A stretch of 64,000 bases of DNA from positions 36,261 through 100,260 of the forward strand of contig MWDQ01000150.1 in assembly GCA_002070645.1 (NCBI GenBank), given 5' to 3'. The notes beneath the pieces are model-generated. The model did no database searches, had not been told where the DNA came from, and worked only from the letters and a program-made list of their open reading frames with translations. This DNA comes from a candidate division TA06 bacterium ADurb.Bin131 (GTDB lineage: Bacteria; Ratteibacteria; UBA8468; B48-G9; DTJG01). This document shows positions 20,354 to 29,066 of this stretch, piece by piece. Numbering within the stretch: position 1 is the stretch's first letter; each line of letters opens with the position of its first letter. The translations under genes and the position numbers were made by a program.

Positions 20354-22079
20354 ATTTCCTCTTATAAATTATAATATAAGGGTTTGCAACCCAGACATCC
20401 TTCGCAGAGAATTTTGTTCTATTAAAGGTTATTCCAAAAAATGAAGCAGGTTTCTGAAATTTCTTCAGTGTATAATAATGCAAAAAAAAGTTTCCAAGGG
20501 TTTCTTCTGTCTGCCATAATGTTTCATATTCGCTGATAATAAAATAATCTGGCTTCGTTGTTTCCAGTTTTTCTTTATCCCATAAAACAGGGATAATATC
20601 ATATCTGTAAAATTGAAAGCTCGGAGTTCTATAAGGAGCCGGCATCTGAAGCATTCCTATCTTTGATTTTTCAGGGATATTCATATTTATCCATCTTCCT
20701 GCCTCTTCACGAATATTCTCCTGCGCAAAAACTCTCGTGTTTGCTCCAGAATAGAAAAATGTTAATATAAGCACAAAAAGTGTTAACATTCCTCCGATAA
20801 TCCTGATTCTTTTTATTACATGAATTAGAAATATCCCTGCAAACATAGCCATAAATGGCATCAGAAATATTCCTCTGCGCACATACCAGGGAGAAAAACA
20901 CGAAAAAATCACCAGTGGTACTATTATTGAGGTAATCAGAAAAATAGAATTACTGTTCCTTTCCTTCATGCATAATAAAATATATCCTGCAATAAAACTC
21001 AATAAAAATGGCCATCCAGCACCGGATTTTAAGGAAGCAAAAACAAAATAGAAAAAATCAGGAGAAAACTTAAAATCTCCTCCTTCAAATTTTAATACCT
21101 TTAGAAAGGTTTCCTTATCAAGAATAAGGAATATATGAATTATGCCAACCACTACAATAAACATCACAATTCCGAAAGCACTGTTTTTCAACATTCTATA
21201 CAAATCTTCCCTTTTCCCATTATACGCTGATATCAATCCTGCAGTAATCATAAACATAATACACACACCATACAAGGAAACAACAGACATAGCAATAGAT
21301 GCAAATATAGCAGAGATAAGATAATATTTTAACTGTTTATTGGAAATTATCTTAAGTCCATATAAAAAAGACAAAAGCACAAAAGGCAATGCAAAGCCGT
21401 AGTAATACCCAAAGTGATTCCACATATTCAATGCAGGACATATACCAAACAGAAAAGAGGAAACAAGTCCAACCTCTGGTCCCCAGAGGTTATTGCTGAT
21501 TGACCAGACAAGATAAATGCTAAAAAGGAACGCAAGAATTAAAAGAATCCTTATGGAAAGGTAAACCTTTTTTAGTTCTCCTGGATGTTCAAGATAAAAA
21601 GTAGAATCCCCCAATTTTATTATTTGGAGAAAATTGCACATACCAAGCCATAATCCTGTAGCATAAACATAAAAACACCCGGGTATTAAAACCTTTGGGC
21701 TGAATTTTTTCTCTTTGGGATTGATATTTGAAAGAGCCGCCAGGGTTATATGTTCATCAGGATAATATGTTCTTAAAAGATATGTGCGCATGGCATTTAT
21801 CTTACCCACTGTTAATGGAACCTTAAAACCACTGAATTTAATAATTTTATCCTCATCATAATCTTTTCGGTACTCATCCCCAGGAGATTTAATCATCTGT
21901 CTTATTTCTTGTCTTGTTTCTGCCATTATAGGAACAAGAGCATTTAGAACTTTTTCATTTCCAAAAATAAGATTAATTATATTCTGTCCAGGAAGTCCCC
22001 ATCCAATTCCCAAAAGATTAATACATAAGGAAATTAACATAATAAAAAACAGTAAAATATAAATTCTTTTCTGTTTCAT
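20340..22079 (-). CDS. polytopic membrane protein, putative GT-C-fold glycosyltransferase (paralog 2 of 3)
   Basis: The 579-aa protein has an N-terminal TM plus GIGWGLP, many TMs and a C-terminal soluble domain (QKPASFFG...ANPYIIIYKRK) homologous to those of the ORFs at 8733 and 23287. Confidence 0.4.
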   Translation of the reverse strand: MKQKRIYILLFFIMLISLCINLLGIGWGLPGQNIINLIFGNEKVLNALVPIMAETRQEIRQMIKSPGDEYRKDYDEDKIIKFSGFKVPLTVGKINAMRTYLLRTYYPDEHITLAALSNINPKEKKFSPKVLIPGCFYVYATGLWLGMCNFLQIIKLGDSTFYLEHPGELKKVYLSIRILLILAFLFSIYLVWSISNNLWGPEVGLVSSFLFGICPALNMWNHFGYYYGFALPFVLLSFLYGLKIISNKQLKYYLISAIFASIAMSVVSLYGVCIMFMITAGLISAYNGKREDLYRMLKNSAFGIVMFIVVVGIIHIFLILDKETFLKVLKFEGGDFKFSPDFFYFVFASLKSGAGWPFLLSFIAGYILLCMKERNSNSIFLITSIIVPLVIFSCFSPWYVRRGIFLMPFMAMFAGIFLIHVIKRIRIIGGMLTLFVLILTFFYSGANTRVFAQENIREEAGRWINMNIPEKSKIGMLQMPAPYRTPSFQFYRYDIIPVLWDKEKLETTKPDYFIISEYETLWQTEETLGNFFLHYYTLKKFQKPASFFGITFNRTKFSAKDVWVANPYIIIYKRKYVEE

Positions 22080-23335
22080 TTGTTCTTTTCAGGAATAAAA
22101 CATCTTATACCAAATACTGCCATTATAATCAAAAAAGGCATCAATGGCTCACGATACCTTATAACTGTCTTGAAAAACAGAATTACGGGAATGGATAGAA
22201 AAATAATCAACAAATATATTAAAAGGTATTCCCTCCATTTTCTCAAAGAAAAAATAAACCCAAGTCCTGCAAGGATAAAAATAGGAAGATTTGTAAGGAT
22301 GGCTACTTTTACATGATAGGATTTATAATTCTCTCCAGGACCCGAAAAGGTGTGAGGTGATATCCTCCAAAATCTAACAAACCTGTCTGCTACAAGACGA
22401 AAATACACATGTGGATTGTTTTTAATAAAATTAAATGCCGCCCTGTAAAAGTATCTATCTGTTTCAACTTCTGACAATCCTTTGATTGCTTTTATAACAG
22501 GTTCATCATATCTACCAGTTGGATCCCAGTATCCAGAATCCTGATAAAGGGATTTCTCGTTGTTTGCAATATAGCAAACAATCCCACCTTCTGTTGATGT
22601 TAGCAAAATTGTCTTATGAATATGGTAGTTTCTTAAAATCCATGGTGTCATTACAATAAAACACGATAAAAGCATATAAACTGTATTTTTAAGAGCAAAC
22701 TTCACATTACATATCACGGTCAGCCATATAAAGATTGCCGGTATAAAAACAAGAAAAAGAGATCTTGTTAAAACTCCAAAACCAAGAACAAAACCAGAAA
22801 TAAAAAATAGAAGTGAATCCTGTTTTTTCTCTGCAAGAAAACATAGATACACTGTAAGTAATGCAAAGAATATTTCAAGAGTAACAGGTACAAGATAACC
22901 AGTCCAGAAAATCCCAGGTGGATAAAAAACATAAAGAAGAGACGTAAGAATCGCTGATTTATTATCTAGAAGAATTCTGCCAAGGGAAAAAAGCAATAAA
23001 CATGTAATAGAACTAACTATTGCAAGACAAATCTTTGCTGCAAGAAAACTATGCCCAAACAATTTATACACGCCTGCAAGAAATAATGGGAATACTGGAG
23101 ACCTCCAGGAATAATAAACAGGACCATCAGAAAAATAGGGATTATTTACCCAGTATCCTTGGCCTGTTGCTAATTTCCATCCCAGTTCATCCCACCAGTC
23201 CCCCCAGACATCAACTGTATTGTCGAGAGTAGAAATAAAGCCAATCCTTAAAATTAATGCAAGAAAAAATATCCCAACAAGAAGGATTATAAGTTTTTTC
23301 TTTTCCATATTAGTATTGTTGGATTTGGATGACAC
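22076..23335 (-). CDS. GT-C glycosyltransferase, PMT_2 / ArnT-like
   Basis: The 419-aa protein has a loop-1 DE motif (WWDELGW), the PMT_2 core (RSPVFPLFLAGVYKLFG...VFYPPGIFWTGYLVPVTLE) and more than 10 TMs. Confidence 0.65.
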   Translation of the reverse strand: MSSKSNNTNMEKKKLIILLVGIFFLALILRIGFISTLDNTVDVWGDWWDELGWKLATGQGYWVNNPYFSDGPVYYSWRSPVFPLFLAGVYKLFGHSFLAAKICLAIVSSITCLLLFSLGRILLDNKSAILTSLLYVFYPPGIFWTGYLVPVTLEIFFALLTVYLCFLAEKKQDSLLFFISGFVLGFGVLTRSLFLVFIPAIFIWLTVICNVKFALKNTVYMLLSCFIVMTPWILRNYHIHKTILLTSTEGGIVCYIANNEKSLYQDSGYWDPTGRYDEPVIKAIKGLSEVETDRYFYRAAFNFIKNNPHVYFRLVADRFVRFWRISPHTFSGPGENYKSYHVKVAILTNLPIFILAGLGFIFSLRKWREYLLIYLLIIFLSIPVILFFKTVIRYREPLMPFLIIMAVFGIRCFIPEKNK

Positions 23336-25008
23336 CAGTCATAAGGAATAGATTCAGGATGACTGAATACCAGATTAAAAAAATGTGGTTCACTCTTAAA
23401 CTCCTTGATGATTTTATAATCAGATAGAAGTTTTTTTATGTTTTCAAAAGACCCTCCTCTAACCCATTGATACTCACTTACAACAAAATATTCTGAATAC
23501 TTGATTGTTTCTTTTGATGCTCCGATAAGTATATTATATTTCAAAAATTGAAATGGCGGTGTTCTCCACGGAGAGGGTGCTTCGAGAAGTCCAATTTTTG
23601 ATCCATAAGGAATATTATTATTAATCCATATACCCGCAGATGTTCTAACATTTTCCTGAGAAAATAAGTTCACATACGATAAGGAAAAAATAAATGTATA
23701 TAATATTCCTATAGAAATCAATATTTTTGGAAATTGTTTTTTTATCTTCGTCATACCCAGAACAATAACAACAAAAATATAAGGGTATAATATAAAAGCA
23801 TAGTGAACCCATCTACCTGTTGAAAACCCAAAATAAAGAAATCCTGGAAGTATACTCAAAAAAATCAGTATAAATCTTTTATCCTGCCTTATTAAAAAAC
23901 AAACAACAAGAAAAACAATGGAAATAAGATATGTTGCTGTACCAAGTCCATACCTCAGGGATGTCGTCATAAAATACTTGAGATTAGCAAAATTAGAGGA
24001 ACCCTTCCAGTATGACTGTATATAAAACATTTCATTGATGAATTCTTTGAAAGAAATTAAAACATAAGGGTTTGTCAAAAAGTAGGAAAACAAAAAACAA
24101 ACAAGACATATCAGTATATTTTTGAATAAACTCTTAAAATCAGTAGACACAAGAAATATCATAAAAATGAAAGTAATAAAAACATATCCATAAGAAAGGA
24201 TGCTGCCCATTGAAATACCTGAAAATAAACAACCAGCAATAAGCCATTTTCTTTTCTTCTCATCCATAAATCTAAAAGCACAGTAGAGAGCAAGAATAAC
24301 CCATAACATTCCATAGCAGTAAGGTTTAAGATAATGAGACCACATAACAAAAACAGGAGATATCGCGAACAACATTGACACAAGAAAAGAGGCACTATCA
24401 TCCTTCAAAATATAAGAAGACAGAAAATAAAAACATATCACTGAAAAAATAAAGAAAATCCCACCGAAGATTCTTAAAAGCGTATAAAGACGACCAATTT
24501 TATCAGGATTTGTAAAATAAAAACTAATGTCACTGTGCAATTCAGCAATTTTAAGAGCAGAACAAATCTTCAAAAAAATTCCAGCAGGATAAAGATACGC
24601 TCCTCCATACTCGAAAAAATGCGGGTTGAAATCAAACCTCGAGGGATTCATCTTGCTTAAACTAACAAGAACAGCCTGTTCATCTGCGCCATAGGATCTT
24701 ATCAAATAGCTTCTCATTGAATTTATAATTTCTCTTGAAACAAGATGTTTTTTTCCATTAATATTAATCTCTACCTTTTCTGCAGGATTATAACTGCCTG
24801 AATATGGTGCACCATAAAATTCTTGCATCTCACGTATTTCTTCATGAGCATCCCTCATTAATTCTGAAAGATTTTGAACTTCTGTTTCTCCATTAAACAC
24901 AGAAGAAATACGGCCTTTATCAGGAACACCCCAGTTTATTCCCTTAAAGTGAAAAAAACCTGTTATTAAAATAAGCAACAGCAAATAAAATATTTTTTTA
25001 ACACTCAT
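23287..25008 (-). CDS. polytopic membrane protein, putative GT-C-fold glycosyltransferase (paralog 3 of 3)
   Basis: The 573-aa protein has GINWGVP after the first TM, the string NPSRFDFNPHFFEYGG (almost identical to that in the ORF at 8733) and the C-terminal domain SEPHFFN...HPNPTILIWKRK. Confidence 0.4.
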   Translation of the reverse strand: MSVKKIFYLLLLILITGFFHFKGINWGVPDKGRISSVFNGETEVQNLSELMRDAHEEIREMQEFYGAPYSGSYNPAEKVEININGKKHLVSREIINSMRSYLIRSYGADEQAVLVSLSKMNPSRFDFNPHFFEYGGAYLYPAGIFLKICSALKIAELHSDISFYFTNPDKIGRLYTLLRIFGGIFFIFSVICFYFLSSYILKDDSASFLVSMLFAISPVFVMWSHYLKPYCYGMLWVILALYCAFRFMDEKKRKWLIAGCLFSGISMGSILSYGYVFITFIFMIFLVSTDFKSLFKNILICLVCFLFSYFLTNPYVLISFKEFINEMFYIQSYWKGSSNFANLKYFMTTSLRYGLGTATYLISIVFLVVCFLIRQDKRFILIFLSILPGFLYFGFSTGRWVHYAFILYPYIFVVIVLGMTKIKKQFPKILISIGILYTFIFSLSYVNLFSQENVRTSAGIWINNNIPYGSKIGLLEAPSPWRTPPFQFLKYNILIGASKETIKYSEYFVVSEYQWVRGGSFENIKKLLSDYKIIKEFKSEPHFFNLVFSHPESIPYDWCHPNPTILIWKRKNL

Positions 25009-25688
25009 TTTATAATTCTATATTTTAAGATTGAAAATATTGCCTTGAAACCATCCTTCCAACCTATTTTCTTCCCTTTTTTTCTCGGGCTATAGGAGAT
25101 TGGAATTTCTTTGATTTTATAACCTTGTTTCAAAATTTTACATGTTATCTCTGGTTCTATCTCAAACCTTTCTGAAGTGAGATTTAAGGACTGTAGAAGT
25201 TTTCTCGGACATAACTTATAGCAGGTTTCCATATCAGAAAGTTTTGCATTAAAAACAAGGTTTGTAAAAGATGTAAGAAATTTATTCGCAAGTATAGATA
25301 ATAATGGTAAGGAAGTATTTGTTTTACCCAGAAATCTTGAGCCATAAACCACCTGACAATTTTCTGTTTTAATTGCATTTATCAGTTTCAAATAATCATT
25401 CGGATTGAGTTCTAAATCAGCATCCTGTATAATAACAAAATCATTTTTTGCCTCTTTCAGTCCACACCGGATTGCATACCCTTTACCCCTATTTTTCTCG
25501 AGAAATATAACCTTAAAATGATTTTTTTTATTTCTGTGTATGTTTTCAAGTAATTGTCTTGTCCCATCTGTTGAACCATCATCAATAACAATAATTTCTT
25601 TTTCAACAGGGACTTTTTCTACATCTAAAAGAACCTGCTCTATTGTATGTCTTTCATTATAAACAGGTATTAGCACTGAAATTTTCAT
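25005..25688 (-). CDS. GT2 glycosyltransferase (short Dpm1-like form); first gene of the long minus-strand operon
   Basis: Motifs: ISVLIPVYNERHTI...IIVIDDGSTDGT...QDADLE. It is a close paralog of the ORF at 17121. Confidence 0.7.
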   Translation of the reverse strand: MKISVLIPVYNERHTIEQVLLDVEKVPVEKEIIVIDDGSTDGTRQLLENIHRNKKNHFKVIFLEKNRGKGYAIRCGLKEAKNDFVIIQDADLELNPNDYLKLINAIKTENCQVVYGSRFLGKTNTSLPLLSILANKFLTSFTNLVFNAKLSDMETCYKLCPRKLLQSLNLTSERFEIEPEITCKILKQGYKIKEIPISYSPRKKGKKIGWKDGFKAIFSILKYRIIK

Positions 25689-25842
25689 ATGACTATAATA
25701 TTATAATACCTACGGCTTAATATATGAAATCTGTTGAATACTGTAGAAATCATCTGAATGACTGGGTTAGAATTAAATATTTCTATTGAAAAGGGTATAA
25801 TAGAAGAAACAAGCAATCGTAAAAAACACAAGGAGAATAAAA
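25689..25842. promoter_or_regulatory. divergent intergenic region (likely promoters for the glycosylation operon and the hydrolase gene)
   Basis: This 154-bp AT-rich spacer separates divergent starts at 25688 (-) and 25843 (+). An AAGGAG SD lies 8 nt before the plus-strand ATG, and TTGAAA and TATAAT-like hexamers are present. Confidence 0.3.
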
Positions 25843-27768
25843 ATGAATAAAACACTCTGGCAGTATTATGTTGATAAGGCAACTGAAATAACTGATAATG
25901 CACTTGAGGATATTAAAAATCTCGAGCAGTGGAAACAGGAAAGACAACAAATCAAAAAGGAATTCTTCATCTCTATGGGACTTAATAGTATCCTTGAAAA
26001 AAGTACCTCTGTAATTAAAACCCTCGGTGAATTTAAGGGAGATGGTTTTATTGCAAAAAAGATTGCATATCAAATCTTACCTGATTGCTGGAGCAGCGGT
26101 CATTTCTATCTTCCAGATCCTTTGCCTGAAAAAAAATTACCCGCTGTGCTGTACGCGTGTGGGCATGCTGGAATAGGAACACATTGGTATCAAAAACATG
26201 CAATTATGTGGGCAAGAAGAGGATATGCCTGTTTTGTTTTTGAAACGATTATACAAAGCGAGAATACTGGCTGGCATCATGGCTTACACACAGGAAAACG
26301 ACTTGACTGGATTTCTCTTGGTTATACAGCAGCAGGTGGAGAACTTCTTAATTCAATTCATGCACTCGATGTTTTATGTCAGATGCCAGAGGTTGATATT
26401 AATAGAATCGGGGTAACAGGAATTTCAGGCGGAGGAGCCCATAGCCATTTTCTTGCAATTGCAGATGAAAGGATTAAAACAGTTGCAACATCAGCAGGCA
26501 TCAGTTCAATTAAATCAGCACTTGGAAACAGAACAATGTTTCAGCACTGTGATTGTATGTATGCCCATGGCAATTTTCAAAGGGATATCAGTGAATTTTC
26601 TGCTTTGATTGCTCCAAAACCAATACTTTATTGTTTTGCGTCACACGACAATCTTTTTGCTGTAGATGAATATAAAACGCTTTACAGTAAAGTAAAAAGG
26701 ATATACGAACTTTATGGGTGTCCTGAAAAATGTGAACTTTTTGAGTACCCAGGACCTCACGCATATTCAGATGCTTCTATAAAAAAAATCAACGAGTGGT
26801 TTGATAGATATGTTGCTGAAGAGCAACATCCTGATGTTGGCCTTAATAACAATGATATTATTCCTGAACATATCATGAGTGTGTTTAATGGAAAATCACC
26901 TGAACCAAATAGATTAAATCTACTACCAGAATTATTAACAGTTCAAAGGACAAGGCCACTACCGAAAAATGAAGATGAGTGGGAAATAATTCGTACTGAT
27001 ACACTAAAGCAATTAAAAACCAATGTTTTCCATTGGCTTGATAGATGTAATGAAAAAATGGAAATAAGAAATATTGGAAAATGGGATTTTGAAGGCAGGT
27101 CTTTTTCAAGGTACAGAGCAGAAAATAAAGGCATGGAGGTTTATATTGAAGCATATGCTCCAAAAATAACAGCAGAAACAACAATTATTGCCCTCGGTGA
27201 TTATGGTCATAATACAACTACACTGATGAAAAAGATTGGTGAATCAACTAAAAACTGTAATCAGGTATTGGTTGAATCAAGGGCATGTGGAAGAAATGCT
27301 GCAAATATAGAACATGGAAATTATTGCCTTTACAGGGCTGGTGCACTTGTAGGAATTACTCCTGTAATGATGTGGATGAATGACCTAAAGTATATTGTTG
27401 AATTCTTTCGTAATATTTTAGAATATAAAACAGATATTGTCTTGTACGGAGCAGGCGAAGCCGCTGGCGCCTGTCTTTATTATGCAATCTTTGACGAGAG
27501 AATCTCAGGCGTTATTATTGATGATGCACCTGACACACATGCGAAAGGTTGTTATATACCTGGAATTCTAAAAGAGATTGATATTACAGAGGCATCTGGA
27601 CTTATTGCTCCGAGGATGTTTGGAGTTGTCTTTCCCGAAATATTAAACCTGTGGGTTTCAAAGATGCACTGGGGAATAAGGGTGTATGAACGACTGGGAA
27701 TAAAAAACAGGTATATTATGTCCCATAGCACCAATATTGCAATAACAAAGGTATTATCAGATATTTAA
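25843..27768 (+). CDS. tandem-duplicated alpha/beta-hydrolase (acetyl-xylan-esterase/S9-like); the second copy lacks the catalytic Ser
   Basis: Domain 1 has the nucleophile elbow GVTGISGGGAH. Domain 2 aligns position for position (DIVLYGAGEAAGAC...DERI) but has Gly in place of Ser. Confidence 0.6.
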   Translation: MNKTLWQYYVDKATEITDNALEDIKNLEQWKQERQQIKKEFFISMGLNSILEKSTSVIKTLGEFKGDGFIAKKIAYQILPDCWSSGHFYLPDPLPEKKLPAVLYACGHAGIGTHWYQKHAIMWARRGYACFVFETIIQSENTGWHHGLHTGKRLDWISLGYTAAGGELLNSIHALDVLCQMPEVDINRIGVTGISGGGAHSHFLAIADERIKTVATSAGISSIKSALGNRTMFQHCDCMYAHGNFQRDISEFSALIAPKPILYCFASHDNLFAVDEYKTLYSKVKRIYELYGCPEKCELFEYPGPHAYSDASIKKINEWFDRYVAEEQHPDVGLNNNDIIPEHIMSVFNGKSPEPNRLNLLPELLTVQRTRPLPKNEDEWEIIRTDTLKQLKTNVFHWLDRCNEKMEIRNIGKWDFEGRSFSRYRAENKGMEVYIEAYAPKITAETTIIALGDYGHNTTTLMKKIGESTKNCNQVLVESRACGRNAANIEHGNYCLYRAGALVGITPVMMWMNDLKYIVEFFRNILEYKTDIVLYGAGEAAGACLYYAIFDERISGVIIDDAPDTHAKGCYIPGILKEIDITEASGLIAPRMFGVVFPEILNLWVSKMHWGIRVYERLGIKNRYIMSHSTNIAITKVLSDI

Positions 27769-27788
27769 AAAATAGGATTCAGAAATTT

Positions 27789-28892
27789 TTAGGGCAGAAT
27801 AAATCTTGCAAGTAAACTTCTCTTGATTTTTATTGCCCTGTGTGGGCATACCTCAAAACAACATAAACAATTTATACACTTTTTCCTGTTTATTTTCAAA
27901 TCCTCTGATATCGCCTTTACAGGACAAACCTTAAAACACTCCATACATTTTCTGCAATGTTTGTGTTCAATTACTGGTATAATATTAAGGCGGTTTGCTG
28001 AAAACCTTAAAACATTTGAAAGTACTGGTTTATCCTGAATCTTAAAAATTGCAGAAGATAATGGGGGACAAAAATTATTGATTACTTCTGGTTTATCACC
28101 AACAACCTCAAAATCAGGTACACCATATTCTGCGCTATAAATCTTAAGAAAAACAACATCCTCAAGTAAAAGTCCTGCAAGACCCGCACAAAAGATATCA
28201 ACACATACTGCATCCTTTCCTGCAATAAGATAACCATAATGTCTTTTTCTCCCTGAGGATGGACCATTTTTATCCATTATTTCAACTGCATCGATAAGAT
28301 TGAAAATAATTCTGTTTTTAAGAAGATTATATAATTCAACAATAAATCTATTAAAAAACTCTGGTTCAGGAAATTTTGTATGAAGAAGACCTTTAGAATA
28401 ACCTGATATCAGACCATAAAGATTTTTCATACATAAAGACAAAACTGTAATATTATGCGTCTTGAATTTAGGAAGATTAAATACAGGATAGGTAAAAACA
28501 AGGTCAGAAACAGGAAAAGAAACAATCCTACCTGAAATATTCAGGTTAAATAAGGTGCTTTTACCTTCGAGTTTTACAAGTGTTGCCTTTGTTTTTGAAG
28601 CAACATCAGAATATCCACATTTTTGCCAGTATTGTTCAATCCCTTTATGTGACCCAGGGGGACTATCGCCGATATAAATCTTTTCTGGAAGGATTTCTGA
28701 AAGGACCTCGAGGATAACAGGATGGGTTGTTACCGCTTCGTCAGGACTGCGGGCAGAAAGCATGTTTGGTTTAAGGAGTATTCCCTGTTCTGAAGATTCC
28801 CAACCAAGTAAATCAAAAATCCTGTTTATTGCATCCCTTACAGTTGATTTTTTGTAATCTCTACATTTAACAATAGCAATTTTTTTCTGCAT
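27789..28892 (-). CDS. DUF362 domain protein with a C-terminal 2x[4Fe-4S] ferredoxin domain
   Basis: The N-terminus MQKKIAIVKCRDY is typical of DUF362. The C-terminus has two CxxCxxCxxxCP motifs (CRKCMECFKVCP / CINCLCCFEVCP). Confidence 0.65.
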   Translation of the reverse strand: MQKKIAIVKCRDYKKSTVRDAINRIFDLLGWESSEQGILLKPNMLSARSPDEAVTTHPVILEVLSEILPEKIYIGDSPPGSHKGIEQYWQKCGYSDVASKTKATLVKLEGKSTLFNLNISGRIVSFPVSDLVFTYPVFNLPKFKTHNITVLSLCMKNLYGLISGYSKGLLHTKFPEPEFFNRFIVELYNLLKNRIIFNLIDAVEIMDKNGPSSGRKRHYGYLIAGKDAVCVDIFCAGLAGLLLEDVVFLKIYSAEYGVPDFEVVGDKPEVINNFCPPLSSAIFKIQDKPVLSNVLRFSANRLNIIPVIEHKHCRKCMECFKVCPVKAISEDLKINRKKCINCLCCFEVCPHRAIKIKRSLLARFILP

Positions 28893-29066
28893 ATTAATAT
28901 TTTATCATCAACAGCAAGTCGTAGATTCAAAACTAAATCTTAAATGTAAAAAAAGCAACCATTAAACTATATCATAGTTTTATTGTCTAATTTTCCAGAC
29001 AAAAACTCAGATGATTTAAGGCAGTTCTTATGATATACTTATAAAAATGTCTAAAAGAAGGTAGTT

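Noticed and set aside
8733-25688. Interpreting the glycosylation locus as a standard Wzx/Wzy O-antigen or capsule cluster
   Set aside because: I recognise no Wzx flippase, Wzy polymerase, Wzz/Wza/Wzc, initiating phosphoglycosyltransferase (WbaP/WecA) or ABC transporter in the locus. The dominance of short Dpm1-like GT2s plus GT-C transferases points instead to polyprenyl-P-monosaccharide-dependent periplasmic glycosylation.
25843-27768. Calling the 641-aa hydrolase a fusion of two different enzymes, or a frameshifted pair of genes
   Set aside because: The ORF is continuous, and the two halves align residue by residue with conserved DER and Gly elbows. Internal duplication explains it better than fusion or frameshift.
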